This document shows positions 1-13,475 of a stretch of DNA of 64,000 nt, piece after piece. The position numbers and the translations under genes are program-made. A model generated the notes under the pieces. It had not been told where the DNA came from and did no database searches. It saw only the letters and a list, made by a program, of their open reading frames with translations. This stretch comes from Octopus vulgaris (Eukaryota), in NCBI GenBank assembly GCA_951406725.2, contig OX597816.1:176576001-176640000 (forward strand). Reading direction: 5' to 3'. Numbering within the stretch: the stretch's first letter is position 1; the number at the start of each line of letters is the position of its first letter.

Positions 1-63
1 TTTCATTTATGTCTTTCACTGTTTGAGTTGCTTAATAGTGGCTTTATTTCTAATTTATATTTT

Positions 64-129
64 TTATATATATATATATATATATAAATCAGCATGGCCA
101 CAGCTCGTGAGCTGAACTAGATGAAATGA

Positions 130-160
<31 letters not shown>

Positions 161-296
161 TATATATACACACACACGCACATATACACACATATATATA
201 TATGCACATATATACACATATATATATATATACACATACATTTATATATATATACAAACATATATATATATATATACATAGATATATATATATATC
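64..296. repeat. (TA)n/(CA)n compound microsatellite
   Basis: Dinucleotide runs; source of the YI/CV-rich spurious ORFs. Confidence 0.95.
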
Positions 297-301
297 GATG
301 C

Positions 302-620
302 GGAGGCACCATGGCCTAGTGGAGGCGCATTGGCCTAGTGGTTAGGGCAGCGGACTCGCGGTCGCAGGATCGCAGTTTCGATTCCCAGACCGGGCGTTGA
401 GTGTTTATTGAGCGAAAACACCTAAGCTCCACGAGGCTCTGGCAGGGGGTGGTGATCCCTGCTGTACTCTTTCACCAATCTTTCTCCCACTCTTTCTTCT
501 GTTGGCCTGCTCGCTTAGCCAGAGGGGTGGCGTCATTTGAAGGCTAAAACAATGCGAAAACATTGTGACCAGCGATGTGTAACAACATCTGATGGTCTGG
601 TCGGTCACGTGATCACGTGA
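302..620 (+). mobile_element. tRNA-derived SINE, family C, tail type X
   Basis: A-box-like TGGCCTAGTGG (head duplicated), B-box-like GTTTCGATTCC, ends GGTCACGTGATCACGTGA; same element inverted at 34331-34635. Confidence 0.85.
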
Positions 621-813
621 TATACATAGATATATATATATATGTGCACATATATACACACATATATATATATATATACATACATATACATTTATATATA
701 TATATATACAAACATATATATATATATATACATATATATATACATATATATATATACACACACATATATATATATATATATACACACACACATATATATA
801 TATATACACATAT
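621..813. repeat. (TA)n/(CA)n microsatellite
   Basis: Dinucleotide runs. Confidence 0.95.
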
Positions 814-2753
814 CTAGTCAACTGCTACAAAGGTAAAGGAGACGCCCTAGATACAAATAATTACAGAGGTATCAAGCTGTTGGATCAGGTAATGAAGGTT
901 ACAGAGAGGGTCATAGCCCAACTGATTAGGGAGAGAGTCAACTTGGACGAGATGCAGTTTGGTTTCAAGCCAGGGAAAAGCACCACTGATGCCATATTTC
1001 TGGTAAGACAGCTGCAGGAGAAATACCTAGCCAAAGATAAGCCCCTGTACCTGGCTTTCGTTGACATGGAAAAAGCCTTTGACAGGGTCCCCCGATCCCT
1101 TATCTGGTGGTCAATGAGGAAACTAGGGATAGATGAATGGCTGGTGAGGACTGTTCAAGCCATGTACAGGGATGCCGTAAGTAAGGTTAGGGTTGGCAAC
1201 ATGTACACAGAAGAATTCAAAGTAGAGGTTGGGGTTCACCAGGGTTCAGTACTCAGCCCCCTCCTATTTATCATAGTCCTCCAAGCAATTACGGAGGAAT
1301 TCAAGACAGGTTGCCCCTGGGAGCTCCTATATGCTGATGACCTTGCTCTAATTGCTGAGTCACTATCAGAACTGGAGGAGAAGTTCCAGGTGTGGAAGGA
1401 GGGTCTAGAATCGAGGGGCCAAAGAGTCAACCTAGCTAAAACCAAAGTACTAATAAGTAGGAAGGTAGACAATTCACAAATGTCTTCAGGAAGATGGCCC
1501 TGCTCGATCTGTAGAAAAGGTGTAGGTAGAAACTCTATAAGATGTAGCCAGTGTAAGCTATGGACATATAAGAGGTGCAGCAATGTCAAAGGAAGGCTAA
1601 CTGGGAAGATAGTTTTTGTATGTGGCAGATGCTCAGGAGCATTAACCTCTGAAAATCTGCAGAAAACAACTTCCATCACTTTCCAGGGGGAAAAACTAGA
1701 AGTAGTTGATAGCTTCCGTTATCTTGGTGACCAAGTCAGTAGTGGGGGTGGGTGTGCTGAAAGTGTAACGGCTAGAGTAAGAATAGCCTGGGCAAAGTTT
1801 AGGGAGCTCTTACCTCTGCTGGTGACTAAAGGCCTCTCGCTCAGAGTAAAAGGCAGACTGTATGATGCAGTTGTACGAACAGCCATGCTACATGGTAGTG
1901 AAACATAGGCCGTGACTGCTGAGGACATGCGTAAGCTCGCGAGGAATGAAGCCAGTATGCTCCGATGGATGTGTAATGTCAGTATGCATGCTCAACAGAG
2001 TGTAAGTACCCTGAGAGAAATGTTGGACGACCTAAGGAGCATCAGTTGTGGTGTGCAAGAGAGTCGATTGCGCTGGTATGGTCATGTGGTGAGAATGGAT
2101 GAAGATAGGTGTGTGAAAAAGTGTCAATCCCTAGCAGTTGAGGGAACCCGTGGAAGAGGTAGACCCAGGAAAACTTGGGACGAGGTGGTGAAGCACGACC
2201 TTCGGACTTTAGGTCTCACTGAGGAAATGACCTGCGACCGAGACCTTTGGAAATATGCCGTGCGTGAAAAGACCAGGCAGGACAAGTGAGTCCAGCCCAC
2301 TTATGCATGCCTTTCCTCCCTTGGATACACAAAGACCTGTTGAGGCAAGCGAAGTCGATATCGAACCTCATCCGACGACAGGCACCTATGCCAACCCCCT
2401 TTGCTTGCGAAGACCTGTTGGGGCAAGTGAAATCGAAATCGGAATCGAAATTGAACCAATCCTATGACTGGCACCCGGCAGATGCCAGGACCCCTGGACT
2501 GGAGATACGTAATAAGCACCATCTAAATCGTGGCTGAAGCCAGTGCCGCCTCGACTGGCTTCCGTGCAGGTGGCACGTAAAAAGCACCCACTACACTCAC
2601 GGAGTGGTTGGCGTTAGGAAGGGCATCCAGCTGTAGAAACATTGCCAGATAAGATCGGAGCCTGGTGCAGCCTTCTGGCTTCCCAGATCCCTGGTCGAAC
2701 CGTCCAACCCATGCTAGCATGGAGAACGGACGTTAAACGATGATGATGATGAT
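814..2753 (+). mobile_element. 5'-truncated RTE-clade LINE (RT pseudogene, 3' UTR, (GAT)n tail)
   Basis: ORFs 880-1908 and 1912-2289 separated by one stop; motifs [47 protein letters not shown]. Confidence 0.95.
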
Positions 2754-2849
2754 ATATATATACCTACACATACACATATATATACACATACATATATATA
2801 TATATATACATATATATGCCTCTATATACACACAAACACACACACATAT

Positions 2850-2997
2850 ATGACAAGCTTCTTTCAGTTTCTGTCTACCAAATCCACACACAAGGCTTTG
2901 GTCAACCCAGGGCTATGGTAGAAGACCTTTGCTCAAGTTGCCACACAGTGGGACTGAACCCAGAACCATGTGGTTGGGAAGCAAGCTTCTTACCACT
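2850..2997 (-). mobile_element. SINE family A fragment
   Basis: Matches the 5' half of the 7529-7940 copy. Confidence 0.75.
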
Positions 2998-3042
2998 CAT
3001 ACAAATTCAAATATTTCATACAGAAATATCTACATTTTATGT

Positions 3043-3836
3043 AACTCTTTAGCATTTAATCTGGCTATATCCAACTCAAATATTCTACCTACTTTATGTT
3101 AAAACTGACCAGATCCAACCACTCACATCTACCCTACAATGTCCTGTGTAATAAGAACCTTGCTTCCTAACCAAATGGTTTTGGATTCAGTCCCACTGAG
3201 TGGCACACTGGGCAAGTGTCTTCTGCTATATATTTCTTTACTACCCACAAGGGGCTAAACACAGAGGGGACAAACAAGGACAAACGGATTAAGTCGATTA
3301 CATCGACCCCAGTGCGTATCTGGTACTTAATTTATCGACCCCGAAAGGATGAAAGGCAAAGTCGACCTCGGCGGAATTTGAACTCAGAACATAACGACAG
3401 ACGAAATACGGCTACGCATTTCGCCCGGTGCGCTAACGTTTCTGCCAGCCCACCGCCTTCTGCTATAGCCTTGGGCCAACCAAAGCCTTGTGAGTGGATT
3501 TGGTAGACAGAAACTGAAAGAAACCTATTGTGTGTGTGTGTGTTCCGCTACTTCTTGACAACTGGTGGTGTGTTTACATCCCATAACTTAGCAGTTCAGC
3601 ATAAGAGACTGATAGAATAAGTACCAGGCTTAAAAAAAGAAAATAAGTACTAGTGTCAACTCATTTCACTAAAAATTTTCAAGGTGATGCTCCAGCATGG
3701 CCACAGTCTAATGACTGAAGTGAAAGGTAAAAGACAGCATTGAAATCTTGAAGCTACAATATAATGAATGATTAATTTCAAACAAAATGAATAAGCAATA
3801 CATTATCTGACAAAGAAATCTGAATGCTACAGGAAT
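3043..3836 (+). mobile_element. Degenerate piggyBac-like MITE containing SINE A (~3150-3730), which contains SINE B (3233-3458, minus)
   Basis: Ends resemble the 5631-5849 MITE; inner SINE B flanked by TSD CTTCTGCTATA. Confidence 0.7.
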
Positions 3837-4033
3837 AAACCGTATAATCAACAATCTGCTATGGAAAGGAATCAGCAAAACAATGAACTAACAAAGGAAC
3901 CTCTATGCAATGGGTTGATATGCTAGCAAGAGCTTCCACACCTCCCTCATGTAAGATAGCCAAATCAAATGTATACTAAAGAAAACACAGTGGATGAAAT
4001 AGGGCTAAACAACGGCAACAACAATCAGTTTAA

Positions 4034-4254
4034 CCCTTTCGTTACTGTATTTATTTTGAGATGCTCTGTGTTTCTTCAAATTACTTTAAATATAACAAAG
4101 AATTTAGTAAAATAACTTAGTTATCATTCAGCTAGTGTTAGGAACATAAATTGTGACTAACGTTTGGTGGAAGATTTTAATTCAAAACTTATGAAAACAA
4201 GACATTTGTACTAAAGAGCCAGAGCCGGTTTCAGCCGGGTTGGTAAAGAAAGGG
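4034..4254. mobile_element. piggyBac-like MITE
   Basis: TTAA|CCCTTTCGTTAC ... GTAAAGAAAGGG|TTAA. Confidence 0.85.
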
Positions 4255-4309
4255 TTAACAGAAATCAAAGTAATCAAATAAACTTGAAATATCACTACTC
4301 AAACTTTTC

Positions 4310-4516
4310 GAAGGAGAGGAGCTTTCTCCGTCCGGGTTGCGGATCCGTGGAACAAGCTGCCAGACGAGATGGTGAAGATGCCGACGACCGCTTTGTTCAA
4401 AGTCTCCCTTGACCTCAAGTGGCCTGAACTCTTTACATGTACACCACCCTGTACTTAACTCCATGTCCCCCTACATGGCCTTGCTATTTGCTTTTGAGCC
4501 AAATTAACTAACTAAC
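4310..4516 (+). mobile_element. CR1/L2-like LINE 3' end
   Basis: Translates AFSVRVADPWNKLPDEMVKMPTTALFKVSLD; short (CTAA)n tail. Confidence 0.7.
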
Positions 4517-4572
4517 ATATACTGAATTTTCAACTAGCTGACACCAGCATATTAGACTAATATATAAATTAA

Positions 4573-5214
4573 CCCTTTCGCATTCAGATTGCTCTGTTGA
4601 TTGCAATGCGTATTTTTACTCTTTTACTTATTTGAGTCATTTAACTGTGGCCATGCTGGAGCACTGCCTTTAGTCGAGCAAATCGACCCCAGGACTTATC
4701 CTTTGTAAGCCTAGTACTTATTCTTTCGGTTTCTCTTGCAGAACCGCTAAGTGACGGTGACATAAACACACCAGTATCAGTTGTCAAGCGATGTTGGGGG
4801 GGGGGGACACAAACACAGACACACAAACATATACACACACACACATATATATATATACAATGGGCTTCTTTCAGTTTCCATCTACCAAATCCACTCACAA
4901 GGCTTTGGTTGGCCCGAGGCTATAGTAGAAGACACTTGCCCAAGGTGCCATGCAGTGGGACTGAACCCAGAACCATGTGGTTGGTAAACAAGCTACTTAC
5001 CACACAGCCACTCCTACACCTATATCCACTCATATTTATTCATATCGTTTTGAATTAATCATACATTATCTTGTAGCTGCAAGTTTTCAATGATGCAACT
5101 GTTTATTTTTAGAATCACATTGTAGGATTGGTGCAAGAGGCTGGATCTAGTCAGTCTGAATACAAAATAGGTAGAATATTTGGGCTGGATATGTCTGGTT
5201 TAAATGCGTAAGAG
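4573..5214. mobile_element. piggyBac-like MITE with inserted SINE A (4621-5020, minus)
   Basis: TTAA|CCCTTTCGCATT ... AATGCGTAAGAG|TTAA. Confidence 0.8.
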
Positions 5215-5630
5215 TTAAAGAGATTTTATTATCCAACTCCTAAATCAGCAATATTTTGAAAACACTTAAGCAGTCTTCTATCATTAAAAATATATGAAAG
5301 GGTTAAAAATTATTCCATCTTTCCATCAAAGAAGGAATCCTTGGACTATGATATTAGAATAATGATAGTGACTATAGTTTCTGCATATCTTCCACAGCTA
5401 GAGCTAGCAAGCAAGTAGAAAAACACTGTTTTATAAAACATTAGTGAGGAAAATCTTTAAGGTAGATAACAGTGACACAGTGTGTGTATAGATATGTGGT
5501 TGGACTGAAAAGTGAACAGGTTGACAATGAAGGAGTGATGCCAAAGCCGTTAAATTTTGCAAGCATTAATTTCAACTCATCTCTTTAATAACTGCATTGT
5601 CCCCCACTCCCCAGTAAACTCACTGTTTAA

Positions 5631-5849
5631 CCCTTTAGCATTTAAACCGGCCATATCTGGCCAAAAGTATTCTGCCTGCTTTATGTTCAAACTGGCCAGA
5701 TCTGGTCTCTCACACCAACCCTACAATATCGTTTTAAAAATTAACAGCTACCTCATCAAAATCTCATAGCTACAAGATAAAGCATGATTAGTTCAAAACA
5801 ATGTGGATGAAGAAGCATTAATTGGCAGAATAATGTGAACACTAAAGGG
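5631..5849. mobile_element. piggyBac-like MITE (uninterrupted copy)
   Basis: TTAA|CCCTTTAG ... CTAAAGGG|TTAA; related copies at 3043, 4573, 7382, ~38910, ~57020 and 60954. Confidence 0.85.
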
Positions 5850-5879
5850 TTAAAGAACACTTCAAAAGTAACTAGTAGT

Positions 5880-6510
5880 GACTTCTCTTAAAACTGGACA
5901 AGAGTTGGTAACACGGGATTATCAAGTACCTGCAGAAAAACAGCTGGTTTTCTTGAATGTTTTCTAACCCAAGATGAATGTTGGCTTCATCACATTGAGC
6001 CAGAGACAGAGATAATCCATGCAGTGGATAATCCATCCTCACCTGCTCCAAAGAAAGCCAAGGTTGTTTATTGACTATACTCAAAACGCCACACTATCAA
6101 TGGATAGTAATATTTTAACTTGCTAAGGCAGTTACAAAAGGCTACCACGACCAAACACCATGGAAAACTGTTTCATCGGGAGAATGCTTCAGCACACAAG
6201 TCCTTGCTTTCAATGGCTGCTGTGCATGACTGTGGCTTTGAACTGGCTGATCACCCTCCTGATTTCTCCTGATTTGGTATCACCTGACTATCATCTGTTC
6301 CCCAACATCAAAAAACACTTGACTGGGAACTAGTGTCGCAGTGATGATGATGTCATATCAGCTTTCAATGACTTTTTTGACCAACAGGATGAAAGCTTCT
6401 TCATGAATAGGATCCAAGCACTGCAACACCAATGAAGGAAGCATGTGGTCAGCAAAGAGAATTATGTTGTATCTTGGTCACGCCTATAAACTTTTCAGCC
6501 AACCTTTGAG
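5880..6510 (+). mobile_element. Decayed mariner transposase remnant
   Basis: Frameshifted TQDECWLHHIEPET, SPAPKKAKVV, HPP..SPDL.SPDYHLFPNIKKHL. Confidence 0.75.
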
Positions 6511-7142
6511 TGTACACACACACACCATAAACTCATTCATTCCATGGTTAACTACTCATATTACAACTTGCTGTCTCAAAAACAGAAGGGCACATTGAAT
6601 ATCAAAAGAAAATTCTAGATTTCTGAAAAAAGATGAAGTTATCCCAATTGGATTGCCTTTCCTCAACAAATAGCTATTTGTATACTAACTCTACCTAGAT
6701 TTTCCCAGCCATGTCTCTCCTCTCTTTCTCCAGTCCTTTACTCCATCACCCATCCACCCACACATACACAAGGTGCTGAAGTGACCACTCTTCTAAATTT
6801 TACCCCTTCAAGAATTCCTTACCTACCCACATTTCAATGCAGTCATTGACGTACACATCTTCAAACTAAACATCAAATAGTGTTTGTAAAGATTATAAGT
6901 AAAGCCTGAACTCCTCACCAAACTATTACAAAAAATGTCTATGTCCATGTAGTAGACAGGGGCCTCTTATAACTAAACTGATCTCTTTCATTTAGCTGTT
7001 CTGGATTTCATTCACTCAGCTACTGAGACTCCTTAATAAAGATACTGAATATATTGTAAGCCCACTGGACATTACCTAGAAACCTATATACTAAAATGGT
7101 GCCAGTGTCTGGAGAAGTAAAATCAGTAAGAAAGTATATATG

Positions 7143-7369
7143 TTTCTTTATTGCCCACAAGGGGCTAAACATAGAGGGGACAAACAAGGACAGACAAACG
7201 GATTAAGTCGATTACATCGACCCCAGTGCGTATCTGGTACTTAATTTATCGACCCCGAAAGGATGAAAGGCAAAGTCGACCTTGGCGGAATTTGAACTCA
7301 GAACGTAACGGCAGACAAAATACGGCAACGCATTTCGCCCGGCGTGCTAACGATTCTGCCAGCTCGCCA
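7143..7369 (-). mobile_element. SINE family B
   Basis: Reverse complement of the 17469-17699 copy; short TSD AGTATATAT. Confidence 0.85.
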
Positions 7370-7381
7370 GTATATATTTAA

Positions 7382-7976
7382 CCCTTTAGCATTTAAACTG
7401 GCCAACCAAAATATTTTACCTGTCTTATGCTCAAAACAGCCAGATCCATTCTAAAAAGACTCATCACATCATTAAAATCTCAAAGCTACAAGACAATGCA
7501 AGATTAATTAAAAATAATGTGAAATAATGAGGAGTGGCTGTTTGGTAAGTAGCTTGCTAACCAACCACATGGTTCCGGGTTCAGTCCCACTGCGTGGCAT
7601 CTTGGGCGAGTGTCTTCTGCTATAGCCCCGGGCCGACCAATGCCTTGTGAGTGGATTTGGTAGACGGAAACTGAAAGAAGCCTGTCGTATATATGTATAT
7701 ATATATAAGTGTGTGTGAATATGTTTGTGTGTCTGTGTTTGTTCCCCTAGCATTGCTTGACAACCGATGCTGGTGTGTTTACGTCCCCGTCACTTAGCGG
7801 TTCGGCAAAAGAGACCGATAGAATAAGTACTGGGCTTACAAAGAATAAGTCCCGGGGTCGATTTGCTTGACTAAAGGCGGTGCTCCAGCATGGCCGCAGT
7901 CAAATGACTGAAACAAGTAAAAGAGTAAAAAGAGTAAGAGTATTACATTTGACAGACTAATCTGAATGCTAAAGGA
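7382..7976. mobile_element. piggyBac-like MITE with inserted SINE A (7529-7940, plus)
   Basis: TTAA-bounded CCCTTTAGCA ... TGCTAAAGGA; SINE with tRNA-like head, internal microsatellite and (GTAAAAGA)n tail. Confidence 0.8.
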
Positions 7977-8219
7977 TTAACTCTTCTTAAGATCAAATCA
8001 AAATGTCCAACAACATGAGTGAGTGGTCTGCAATCAACTGGACTAAAGGGATTCATATTTAACTCTTTCATTACCACTAGCAAGGACTTTCAATTGATTT
8101 CCAAAATAATCAAGAATTTTATGGTATTTAATAAAATATTCTTTTGCGTTGCATACAAGCTCATCCCCTGCAACTCTCTCCAGCTGAGCGTCCCTAATCA
8201 AACAGGCTTGTAGGTACCG

Positions 8220-8419
8220 GTGTCACATACAAAGTATTCATGCTAGTGCTGCATAAAAGCACCCAATACACTATGTAAAGTGGCTGATGTTACAAAGGGT
8301 CTCAGGCCATAGAAACCATGCCAAAATTATCCTGAACAGCCTTTCAGCTGGTTTAGTTCCTGTCAAACCATCTAACCCATGCCAGAAATGGAAAACAGAC
8401 GTTAAATGATGATGATGAT
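8220..8419 (+). mobile_element. Old RTE 3' UTR fragment
   Basis: AAAAGCACCCA ... CGTTAAA(TGA)n as in the other RTE tails. Confidence 0.6.
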
Positions 8420-9305
8420 CTTTGTCATAATTAATTTGGCATTTGAAATGTAATGTAACAAAAGGTTCTGGCATAAAATTATAACGCAAAGCTTCCATTT
8501 AAATATAAACACTTTAAAACGAGAGGTTTTGTATCACAGAAAATAGAAGCAGTTTGAGTGAGTTACTATCAAAAGGGTCAAATTACAAAAACAAAACAAT
8601 AACCTCCTTTGAAATGTCATTACAACATGAATGATAACAAGATTTCAATTGATCCTCACCAACCTAAAACATACCAATATATGAATTTCTATATATAAAT
8701 TTAAAAGCTTAATTATATTGAAAATTAATGAAACATTTGGACACCTTAGAGACAAAGGAATTTATTTTCAATTAAAACAAATGGAACACAAGAACAGTTT
8801 CTTTACTTTAAAAGAAATTGTTATGAAATGTGCTTGCAGCAAATATGCATTCAAAATGGATGTATCTGAACTGAATACTGGAAACCGGTATTATTCCTTA
8901 TATTAGCATTTTATTATTACTTCCTTCTATTTTGAAAGTCAAAGAGAGAGAGAGAATGAAATAGCCTCTCGTGTATTTTGAGCATATTGCAATAAGAGAG
9001 ATGGTATGATGAATTGGCAAAGAGAAGAGGAAGGTCAAGAAAGACAAGACATGATAATCACTGAGCATTATATTCACAAGGTGCAGTTCAGAACAAAAAA
9101 AGACAATTTAGTGACAGATGCATGAAAATGTATTTAGATACATGAAACCTGTCAAGCATGGAAAAATAGAAAATAATGAGGAATTAGATAAAATTTGTCT
9201 TGGGGATGAAACATCCAAAAAAATCTGTATTTTCTAGGTTTGCTTGCAGCCGAGATCTGTTTTTCTTTGATTGCCCATTTTTTATTATTTCAAGACAAAC
9301 TGATA

Positions 9306-9516
9306 CAGGGTGCGGCAGAAATACCTCCCACATTTTAAACTTTCACCTATGTGTTGCTAATGAACTTATGCAAGTGCCAATGATGTTTTCATTTAGCTAA
9401 TGAACAAAAACTGTAATCCTTTATTTAAACAACAGTAAAATTAATTTTTCATAAATGTTGTTTCTTTTTCCTTTTGTCAACCTTTCAAATGTGGGACATA
9501 TTTCTGCCACACCCTG
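9306..9516. mobile_element. Tc1/mariner-type MITE
   Basis: TA|CAGGGTGCGGCAGAAATA ... TATTTCTGCCACACCCTG|TA. Confidence 0.8.
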
Positions 9517-12500
9517 TATAACAAGCAGGAAGAAGTTAAAACTGCCACAGGATCATAAGACACAATCTACAAATACATCTTAAATATTTTTTGCTGAAGA
9601 AACACTACAGAAATAATGGTAACCAGCCTAAATTTAAAAAAAAAACAAAAAAAGTTATTCTGATCAAAATAGAATGGTTTCAAATTTTGGCACAAGGCTA
9701 GCAATTTCTGGGAGGGAACTAAGTTGATTAAATCAATGCCAGTGCTCAACTGGTACTTATTTTATTGACTCTGAGCATTTGAACCCATATTCAGATCAAA
9801 ATATAGTAATAATACAAATTTTTATTGCACCATTATGAAATAAGGCTACTTTGGACTAAGTAAAATTCAATATTTTACAAAACCATGGGGGAAGATACAA
9901 AAATTTAAGTTCTAGTCCCACAATGTGATAGAATTCAGTAGATTCCATATTTATGTCCACATTTTAAGTTTACAGATCCACTGAAAAGTATTAAAAATAC
10001 AATGTCACTAATTTAAGAAAATGTTTGAAATCTATATTAATTTGTCTCTCTTAAAATAATGAACTGGTCAAGTACTAGGGTCAGTGTAGTCAACAAACCT
10101 CACCTCTCTTCAAAATTGTTGGGTTTATGCCTAAATCAGAAGACGTTATTGTTTGTCACTCTTTCAAACTGCTAAGATTCACAAAATAGTTTTAAATGGA
10201 TTTTAAAAAATGAAAGCCATATGGAATTAAGTCCATTTATTATCACATAAATTTATAAGATAAAGTATATCTCACAAGATATTGTATCATTTTGTCAGGA
10301 TCGTACATTGGGAGATGGTATTTAAGCGCAGGTGATAAGCAGTGTTTTGCATCTTAAATGCTGCATAGCAACCTTGAATAGACTTGGCATAAAAAAGAAT
10401 GAGCACAACCTAAGTGTAATAGCACAAAGATCGTCGTTAGAGACACAGTAACAGCATTAAACGCTTTGTAAGAGGAAAAGAACACGGAAGAAGAAGCAAT
10501 AGGAAACTATTTTTAATGGGATTGATATAGAGCCAACAAGTTGTGAGAAAAGCAAAGATCATTGTGGTGTAATTGTAGAATAAGCAAAGTGAAGACAGTT
10601 TTATCATTGGCTAAAGCTGTTCATCAAATAACATTTTCTTTCAACAACCCTCAAAATAAAGGAATAAATAATAAACAGCTCGTATTCTAATTACAAAATA
10701 ATAAACTTACATCACAGTTACCAAAGAAACAGCTTTCCTCCCACAGGTCAAGTGGTGACCTGCTATTATATTTACTCTTACATGGTCAACATATGTGTAA
10801 TAGTGCCATTGTTCTCATTAAAAAAACTAAGTTTGTTATTTTACTGAAGTCAATTAAAAAAAAAAACAAGACATGAGGCAGAAAAAATATTTGTTTGTAT
10901 AAATTCCTTAATTAACGGCAAATGACTAAATACGACTGACGTTAATGCATTTAAAATTATTCTGTTAAATTTTGGCCCTAGGAAAAAAACATAATGCAGT
11001 AAGTAACCAGCTGAGTAACAGCACGACTAGACTAGTAAGAATGCAGGTACCAAATTACTGATTAGTGTTAAAATGTACTTAAGTATGGTTGATATAGTTC
11101 CATCAATATCAGCCCTGATCGAGCAGACCTATGGCCTAAGGTATTCCAGCCGTGACCACCCCGTCTTTTTGTATATCTAGAACTACATTATCTAACATGT
11201 CACATTTTAAAGATGTTATGGTGTGATTTTAGGGAATTTGGCTGCTATTTCTGGTATGTTGAGTGACCGCGCAGAGACGCCCTCGTTGGCTCGTCTTAAG
11301 GTATGGTTATTGGAGTCGGTAGTAGTTTGAGAATGTAGTAGAGTGTCCAGAGAATACGACAAGTATGAAGTACTGATAGTAATTATCGTGTAATTGGGGT
11401 AACATTTTTAACAAATGAGTTTTCAGTTTAACATTTTGCCGTACAGTTTGGTTTCAACAATGAACTAGTGTTTTGATTTTACCAGTGTAAATGTCAAAGC
11501 AGATTTGTGTAGGAAAAAAAAACAACATATTTAATATCTAATTAGCCACACACAGTTACCTTTAATTATCAATTTATTCATATCAAAGGAGAGAAGTAGA
11601 AGCAGCTGTAATAATTAATTTATTAAGTGCTAGATTCTAAATAAAAGTCATAAGGGAGCCTCTGCGTGGTTGTTTCATCTGCTAGAAAAATAGCAGCCAA
11701 CTTTCCCTTTAAATCACACACCTTGCCGTTTTAATGATGTATCTACGATTACATTGGATAATGGGCGAAGAACTTTCAGAATAGCTGTCACGAATGAAAT
11801 GTATTTCTTGGAGTGGGGGTCTAGGTATTTTTCTTCATTATATAATATCCCACATTCTAAAACACATGTAATTCGATTAATTTTTTTTTTATTTCAAAAA
11901 TCCACATTTTATTTAGGTTTTTTTTTAATTTCTTAACTACTACAATCCCTTCAACGTGCCTTCGGAATAGCTGTCATGATTAAAATGGATTTTTGGAGGT
12001 GGGGAAGTCAGGATGAAATAGGTGTGGGGGTGTTTTAAGAAGTTAGAAAAACATGAATTTTTGAAGCAGTTTTCTTTTCTTTTTTTAATGCAAATTGCAT
12101 GTTTTGGAAAGTAGGATATTATAAAATGACGAAAATACTCAAAACAAAAATAAGGAAAATAAACGTAATAGTCGTCTGTGGAATATTTTTTAATCATAAT
12201 AGGTAAGCTCAATCAGGGTCTATGTAAGTTGTGTTTTAAAACGGTAAATATTAATAGAATTTCCTGTTGTAAACTACATTTCAAAATTTGAAAACAAAGT
12301 TAACAGAAGGAAAATTTTAATGAAAATTCTACTAATTAATCAATTTCATCTAACAAGGATAAGAATATTATTAATTCCTGATGACCGAAAGAGTTAACAA
12401 AGTCATCAAAATCAACTATAAATTAATAGTAAAAAAAAATAATATATAATATATCTTAAAATATAAAATCATGTGAAAAGTAATCTTGAAACATTTCGGT

Positions 12501-13002
12501 AATTCCAAAATAAGCAGTAATACTTTGACTACACGTCTCAGAATCAGGTCAAGATGTGCCAAAGTTAGAAATCGTTATTATTATTCCTCCAGCGTGTGCC
12601 ATTCTTACCAACAAACAGATATTTGGTAGTTTCGAGTTTAGATTTATTTCATAGATGTTTTTTTATCATATGCATGGTTTAGAATTATATTTATCATGCA
12701 TTAAAAAAAAGAAAAGAATATGCAATGCCAAAGAATTACTGGTGGTATGAAAAAGGAAAAAATACAAAATTCCTTGCTTACACCATCAAATTATCTAACT
12801 GCTGCCAAAGAAAAGATTCCATGAAAGTAAGAGGAGGGTATTTAATCTAACAAAGGAGACGAAGAGGATTTTTGAAGGGGTTTTTTTTTCTCATATTTTG
12901 ATTCTAACATAAAGTAACAGTTGTAAACAGTATTTCGCCGATTTAAGCTATGCAAGGTTTTGTGAAATAACTAAGTCAAGCAGATAAACTAATTAAGACT
13001 TT

Positions 13003-13067
13003 TCACGATAATTATTATATATATACAGACACACAGAACAATTACCTTTCTATCACACACACACACA

Positions 13068-13106
<39 letters not shown>

Positions 13107-13201
13107 GCAATGTATATATATACACACGATAATTGTCCTTCCATGTATATATATATATATATATTTATAGACACACAGAACAATTACCTTTCTATCACAC
13201 A

Positions 13202-13255
<54 letters not shown>

Positions 13256-13412
13256 GCAATGTATATATACACACGATAATTGTCCTCCCATGTATATATA
13301 TATATATAGACACACAGAACAATTACCTTTCTATCACACACACACACACATATAGATATATAGTTGCAATATATATATATATATACACACACACGATATT
13401 TGTCCTCCCATG

Positions 13413-13456
<44 letters not shown>

Positions 13457-13475
13457 ACACACACACACACACACG
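13003..13475. repeat. Compound minisatellite (about 3.5 units of ~140 bp)
   Basis: Repeated anchors CAGAACAATTACCTTTCTATCAC, TAGTTGCAAT and CACGATAATTGTCC separated by variable (TA)/(CA) tracts. Confidence 0.9.

Noticed and set aside
64-836. [12 protein letters not shown]-rich ORFs here and near 13 kb, 22.8 kb, 34.6 kb, 40.5 kb, 45.7 kb and 52.7 kb
   Set aside because: Translations of microsatellites with no splice or homology support
12782-12846. Candidate exon 2 of gene A (minus, IKYPPLTFMESFLWQQLDNLM) with plausible AG/GT sites; other candidates near 10711-10759 and 6823-6865
   Set aside because: Short AG-GT open frames arise by chance in AT-rich DNA and the joined peptide resembles nothing I recognise; needs RNA-seq
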